DNA from: Amoebidium appalachense
Taxonomy: Eukaryota > Protista > Ichthyosporea
NCBI GenBank assembly: GCA_963693365.1
Contig: CAVNZM010000043.1
Coordinates: 1 to 34,832 of the forward strand
Direction of reading: 5' to 3'
Length of the DNA: 34,832 nucleotides
Shown here piece after piece: positions 28,904 through 34,832 of the stretch. The notes below the pieces were generated by a model. The model did no database searches, was not told the origin of the DNA, and saw nothing but the letters and a program-made list of their open reading frames with translations. Position 1 is the first letter of the stretch. The number at the start of each line of letters is the position of its first letter. Position numbers and translations under genes: made by a program.

Positions 28904-29245
28904 CCGGTTGCCATTGCTGTGTATAGCACCGGATGGTGTTTCCTCTTTGTTATTTTTTTTTTCGTGTTTGCTTTTTTACCGTCGAAAATCAAACCTGTTA
29001 GAGTCAAAAGCTAAAATCCTCGTCCTAAACCCACATTTCTCGAGTGCCACTGGGTAAAAGTAGCAATTAATAATAAGATAGTGACCTACCGGGTTGCCGT
29101 TGCTGTGTATAGAACCGGATGGTGTTTCCTCTTTTGTTTCTTTTTTTTTCGTGTTTGCTTTTTTACCGTCGAATATCGAACCTAAAGCTAAAAGCCTCGT
29201 CCTAAACCACATTTCTCGAGTGCCACTGGGTAAAAGTAGCAATTA
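28904..29245. repeat. Direct tandem duplication, two copies of ~160 bp
   Basis: 28904-29069 and 29089-29245 share GGTTGCC.TTGCTGTGTATAG.ACCGGATGGTGTTTCCTC...CACATTTCTCGAGTGCCACTGGGTAAAAGTAGCAATTA. Confidence 0.9.
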
Positions 29246-30228
29246 CAAGCATACAACTTAGTAAACCCATTGACCGTGATGGTATATATATTTTTTTTTC
29301 TTTGCCTCTCCGGTGGTGATGATGGTGTCCATTGTGTTTTGGCAAGTTGCAGCGCCTTCAACTTGATTCTATTCGTCCTGTAGGTTTCTTTTTGGTTTTG
29401 GTACTTATGCTGCATAAAATTCCGTAAAAAAGTACATGTATAAAGTTTTCTCTTGCTACGACCAATGACTTTCCTTGTTAAGTGGACCCCCCGAGTGCAC
29501 AAAAGCATGCAGTATTGAGGGCAACGGGCGGGCAGGGGGGGGGGGGGGGGGGGGGGTTGTTCCTGTGTCGATATGGTAGTGGGATGAGTGTGTGTGTGTG
29601 TATGCCATGTGTGTGTGTGTGTGGGCGGGTGGGGGGGGGGGGAAGGGGGGGAGGGGGGGAGGGGTAAAACGAGGGGTGGATATTTCAGGGATTGTTCCGG
29701 GAAAGGGGGGGATGGGGTGGGGTGGGGTGGGGTGGGGGGAGGATACAGCGGGTATTTCGTGTAGGGACTGTAATACTATTGAATGTGTGTGGTAATTGTT
29801 TTGGGATGGGCTGGGGGGAGGGGGGGGGGAGGGGGGGGGGGGGGCGGGAGGAGGGGGGATGGGCATTGAGGGGACTTAATAAAGTGTGCCAGTGCTTGTG
29901 TGCCTGTATGTCTACAGGTGCTTGCACAGGCTCTGACCATATTTTATATCTTCTCTTTCAACTTCTCTTTTCTTTTTTCTTTCTTAAGATGGGGGGGGGG
30001 GGGGGGGGGGGAGACAGGCTGGTTGTGTGTGTGTAGGTGTGTTCACATGTGTGCATGTGCGACTGCCCCAGCGTGTTCGTTTGCGTGGGTGGGTGGGCTG
30101 GTGGTGGTGGTGGCTAGGTCGGGGGAGGGGGGGGGGGGGGGGGGGGAGGGGGGGGGGGGAGAGAGGGAGGCAGGCAGGTTGTGTGTGCGTGTGTGTGTGC
30201 GTGTGTGTGCGTGTGTGTGCATGCGCGC

Positions 30229-30305
<77 letters not shown>

Positions 30306-30308
30306 TTT

Positions 30309-30354
<46 letters not shown>

Positions 30355-30884
30355 CGTGTGTGCGTGCGTGCGTGCGTGCGTGCGTGCGGGTGTGCGACTG
30401 TGCGTGTGTGCGTGCGTGCGCGCCGTGGCGTGTGGGTGGGTGGGTGGACCCGTGTTGGTGGTGGTAGGGAGATGGTGGAGGTGGGGAGGGGGGTTGAGGG
30501 GAGGGGAGAGGGGGGAAGGGGGGGGGGGGAGGGGGGAAGGGAGAGGGGGCAGGAAGGAACCATCCCGGTCGTTCCCCATTGGCAATGGCACAATCAGCGG
30601 GGGGGAAGGGGGGGGGGGGGGAGCCCAAAAAATGTACGTTAACGGTGGGGCTTTGCACACGGGGGATATTAACTCCTTGACCGGCTAATGGGCAGGCAAG
30701 CACTCGCGTGCCTGTGGCTATATAAGTGCATTAAATTGTAATAGTTTAGCTAGAGGCTCAGAATCAGAGCCCCCCCCCCCCCCCCCCCCCCCCTTTGGAT
30801 CCAAACCAACCAACCAAAAAAAAGCCCCCCCTCCTCCCCCCCCCCCCCCTCCCCTTCCCCTCCCCCTTTTTTCCCGCTGGGGTT

Positions 30885-30926
<42 letters not shown>

Positions 30927-31428
30927 CAGGATGGGACAGCAAAGTAGGCTTGAGTATGCAAGTGTTGTTTCAATGACAGTATTAATAGCAATTTGGTGTG
31001 GTATGACGGAAATAAGTATAATATTATTGCAAGAACAGTTGGATGTTTGGGTGCTTCAACAGTGCTGCTTTTCGATATTAAAAGGCAAATATTATAAATG
31101 TGCTATATGGTCCAAAGCTAATAGTAGCACGTCCCTACGCTACTATCAAATAGTTGGTTAAGTGCAACTTTTTTGAAAGAAAAATAAAACTCTATTTTCC
31201 TATGATGCATGTGCAAACCGTGACCATGACGACTTGTCTAAAAAATTTGACATATGGACAAAGTGGCATGGTGTAATATAGTAGCGACGGTTTTATTCGA
31301 GCCTGTGCTACTTAAGCAGCATACATAAGTAAGCACAATATAGGGTTTCAGCCGGAGGTAAACCCGTTTGAATATCAAAAATACACAAACCCGTGATGTA
31401 TGTATGTGTTGGGGGGGGAGGTAGGGGG

Positions 31429-31500
<72 letters not shown>

Positions 31501-31733
31501 AGGGGGGGTGGGGGGGGGTGGCCGTAGTGATTAGGTGTTCTAATCAGTCGCTTCCTCCTGCTACCAGAATGTCAGAACAGGAGCCTGGAAAAGCTATATT
31601 GTACATGTACATCTATAATAAACATACTGTATGGGAATAAATAAGCCATACGAATTGAGCCATACGAATTGCATAAGTTATCACCACTTCTGCAATTGGA
31701 ATAGATGTCCCAAACAAGGTAATATTTGCAAAC

Positions 31734-32822
31734 TTAGAGCCTGGACACACAGGCCGCCAGACTATTCCACATCTGCACCTGATACTTATCCGGGAGGGAG
31801 AACAACAGGTCTCTGTGTTCTTCTCTCAACTTCGGCACACGTGATTCACTCTTCGTTCCCGGTGACCCTTTTTCCACCGCCACCAGCCGCCATACCACAC
31901 ACTGAAGCATCCATTCCGCCCACTGAACGTCGATCTCTGCTCGGCAGAATGTGGCATACAAATGCAAACATGCATCTGTATCCCATAATTCGAGATGTTT
32001 CGTATTCTCACTTGGAGTCTTGTAGGGACCCACGGTTTTTGTCTTCCACCTGAAAGTAGGTTCTTTCCAATTTTCAACCCTCGCCACCAGCCAACGAATC
32101 ACTTGTTCTGCTTGGTAGTACGAGGCGATTCCTATCATACGCAAAATGGCTGGGTCGTGGAGGGGTGGGCTGTTTATCTCCGCTTTAGTTACGGTGAATG
32201 TTTTTTGTTCTAGGGAAACTTCGACAAACCCACCACCAATGGTTTCGTTCACTTGTTTGAGTTGCCGGGTTTTGTTGTACAGTGTCTTGTTTATGTCTTC
32301 TGGTTCTTTGTCGTAGCGTGAGCCCTTGTTGTATGTGTTAAGCAGAGTCTTGTTCCGTCCATAAGTATTCAAAACCGCCGCGACGTGAAGAAACGATAAC
32401 ATGTCCGTTTTTTCGAAGAACGATCTAACCTCTCCTTTCTCGGCCTCTATGTAAACGTTGGGTGTGGTGTGGGTGCTTTCTCCCAGTGGGCTACTGAGTT
32501 TCTCACAGAGCATGGACGAAAAAACGGGGGATATAGCACATAGAAACTCCTTCGGGGCAATGATGGTGTGATATGTTTCTCCACCCTTCGTCTCCGAGTC
32601 GCCGTTTGTGTGATGAACGCCGGGTGCACCTGCATCTGCAATGCTCTGTTTTCTCTGTGTTTCTGTTTCGCTTGTTGTTCCTTTTGCCTCGTTTTCACTT
32701 TTGCAGAGAAGTGTCACCATGGGGGCATCCTTGCGCCAAAAGTCTGGTCCACGTGGCTGTTCGGTTTTTGACCATGGTGTGGGAAGAGCCCAGTCTGGCA
32801 TGTGGATAGTGTGTGTGGTCAT
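31734..32822 (-). CDS. Divergent BTB/POZ-like protein, paralog B, 362 aa, intronless CDS
   Basis: Uninterrupted, non-repetitive ORF with clear paralogy to 26877-27932. The BTB call rests on motif resemblance only (VTLL...IIAPKEFLCAISPVFSSML; MIGIASYYQAEQV). Confidence 0.8.
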   Translation of the reverse strand: MTTHTIHMPDWALPTPWSKTEQPRGPDFWRKDAPMVTLLCKSENEAKGTTSETETQRKQSIADAGAPGVHHTNGDSETKGGETYHTIIAPKEFLCAISPVFSSMLCEKLSSPLGESTHTTPNVYIEAEKGEVRSFFEKTDMLSFLHVAAVLNTYGRNKTLLNTYNKGSRYDKEPEDINKTLYNKTRQLKQVNETIGGGFVEVSLEQKTFTVTKAEINSPPLHDPAILRMIGIASYYQAEQVIRWLVARVENWKEPTFRWKTKTVGPYKTPSENTKHLELWDTDACLHLYATFCRAEIDVQWAEWMLQCVVWRLVAVEKGSPGTKSESRVPKLREEHRDLLFSLPDKYQVQMWNSLAACVSRL

Positions 32823-33072
32823 GTTGGTTAGGAAAGTTCTTTATATTTATACCGATTTTGATGTTGAAAGTATCAGTTGCTAGCAGCAGTGTTCCTGTTG
32901 TATAAAAAAATTATCTAGAGACTAGCCAGTAGCTTCTTGTTATGTTGTGCAATAAACCTCGAGTACTTAATTTTCAAATGCAGCTGGGCAATAATAATAA
33001 ATAAAGAGTTGGAATTGTTATAAGCTCATGCAATGTGATCCGTTGTGTGCAAAATCTTCAGTGTGTGAGCAG

Positions 33073-33124
33073 ACGCGCATGCATAATACGCGCATGCATC
33101 ATGCGCGTATTAATGCATGCGCGT
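33073..33124. repeat. Near-perfect inverted repeat (24-bp arms, 3-nt loop)
   Basis: ACGCGCATGCATAATACGCGCATG-cat-CATGCGCGTATTAATGCATGCGCGT, with a single-base bulge. Confidence 0.85.
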
Positions 33125-33487
33125 ATTACATATGCGTACTCATCATCCCCAAAAGCCGCAGCTGCCTAGGCCAGCGTGCCAAAAAAAAAGACACGAGCAT
33201 GTACATATGCCCCGACACCGCGTGTACAATCCAAACGGTTTGTGGGGACCCAAAATCATTTTCAACGAAGAACTTGCCATCACTTTGCGGTTATGTACTA
33301 TATATAGTACTGTGGAAATACAGTGTCTATGAGAGAAATTAAGCCAAAATCAGATATTATTTCGCCGGCATTATGATTTATTAGTCTTCCGGGTTCAGAA
33401 TTGAAATGGCAGCCTTGTTGTCAGTAAATATATACGTAAACTGAGTGCCTTTTTTTGATTAAAAAAAAGGGCAGGCAGCACGCGTAC

Positions 33488-33806
<319 letters not shown>

Positions 33807-33912
33807 CACATGTACACGCGTACGTACGATGCACCCCCGGGTACGGCATGTATTCACACGAACAAAGTTCCACACACACTTTGTTTCAGACACACACACA
33901 CAACACACGCAC

Positions 33913-33999
<87 letters not shown>

Positions 34000-34028
34000 G
34001 CACGCACGCGCACACACACACACACACA

Positions 34029-34075
<47 letters not shown>

Positions 34076-34832
34076 AACTGTCCATCCTCGTCACATGCAT
34101 AGTTGGATATATTTACTTGATGCGTCAAAAGGTGTTCATTGGTTGATATATTTACTTATGGCGTCCAATTCTCCAAGTTCATTCGTCGTACGTACTATCG
34201 AAAGGAGGCGAAATCGGCATCGGGCACGTTGTGATTTTTATCATAGCATTTATCGAAAAGTAAAAAAATGGATTTTTTACGATGTTTTATTATTTTTGCT
34301 AGACCAATAGTCATACCCGAGCGCCATGGCATGTAGCCGAGAACGGTCCTTTTTGACTCAGGGTTGCATTAGTTCATACCCTGACACCTACAGCCACACG
34401 TAGCGGCTGCTTACCTCCCTTTTTGCCCTCTAATACTTTGTTCTGAATCAATTTTAGACTTAAACTTTTTATATTTTTTGACACAAACACCTCCACACGT
34501 TAATATTCTTCTATGCTGCTTGGTTTTATGCGCGTTTCGGCTTTTGATTTCGCTATGCAAATCTCCGCGGGTTGCATAGTCAGTGATTAGTCACTGGGCC
34601 AGATTACGGGAAGGTCAAACGGTCGTTATAATATTAGTTAATGTATATGAGTGTCATATGCTCATGATTATTTGGTCGACAACAATAAATATTAAACAAA
34701 TGGTAAGCCAACTACATAGAACACGTGCTTCAAACCACCGGCAAGCTGCGTGAGTGTTTGTAGAGAAGACATTTGGTGTCGTGGCAGGGGCTTGGGCATG
34801 GATGGGGGAGGGCGGGGGGAGGGGGAGGGGAG

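Overview
Eukaryotic nuclear DNA (opisthokont-like; lineage is an inference) in three parts. (1) About 1-5700 is an AT-rich, repeat-dense mosaic of decayed mitochondrial sequence on the minus strand: cox1 and cox3 fragments with TGA=Trp, group I intron cores and a probable rnl fragment, mixed with several direct and inverted repeat families. It is most likely a NUMT, or else a mitochondrial/nuclear misjoin. (2) 6682-24308 (+) is an intron-rich GPATCH1-family gene of about 17-18 exons and about 1085-1090 aa, rebuilt by hand with consistent GT-AG phases. Its introns are packed with (CA)n, (GT)n, poly-C and poly-G, and also hold a tRNA-Glu(CTC) gene and a TIR-bounded element. (3) About 26.9-32.8 kb holds two convergent paralogous genes with intronless CDSs and a divergent BTB/POZ-like motif; one has a single in-frame TGA where the other has Trp. 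Most ORFs in the supplied track are microsatellite artefacts. All identifications come from reading the sequence and recalled family motifs; no searches were run.
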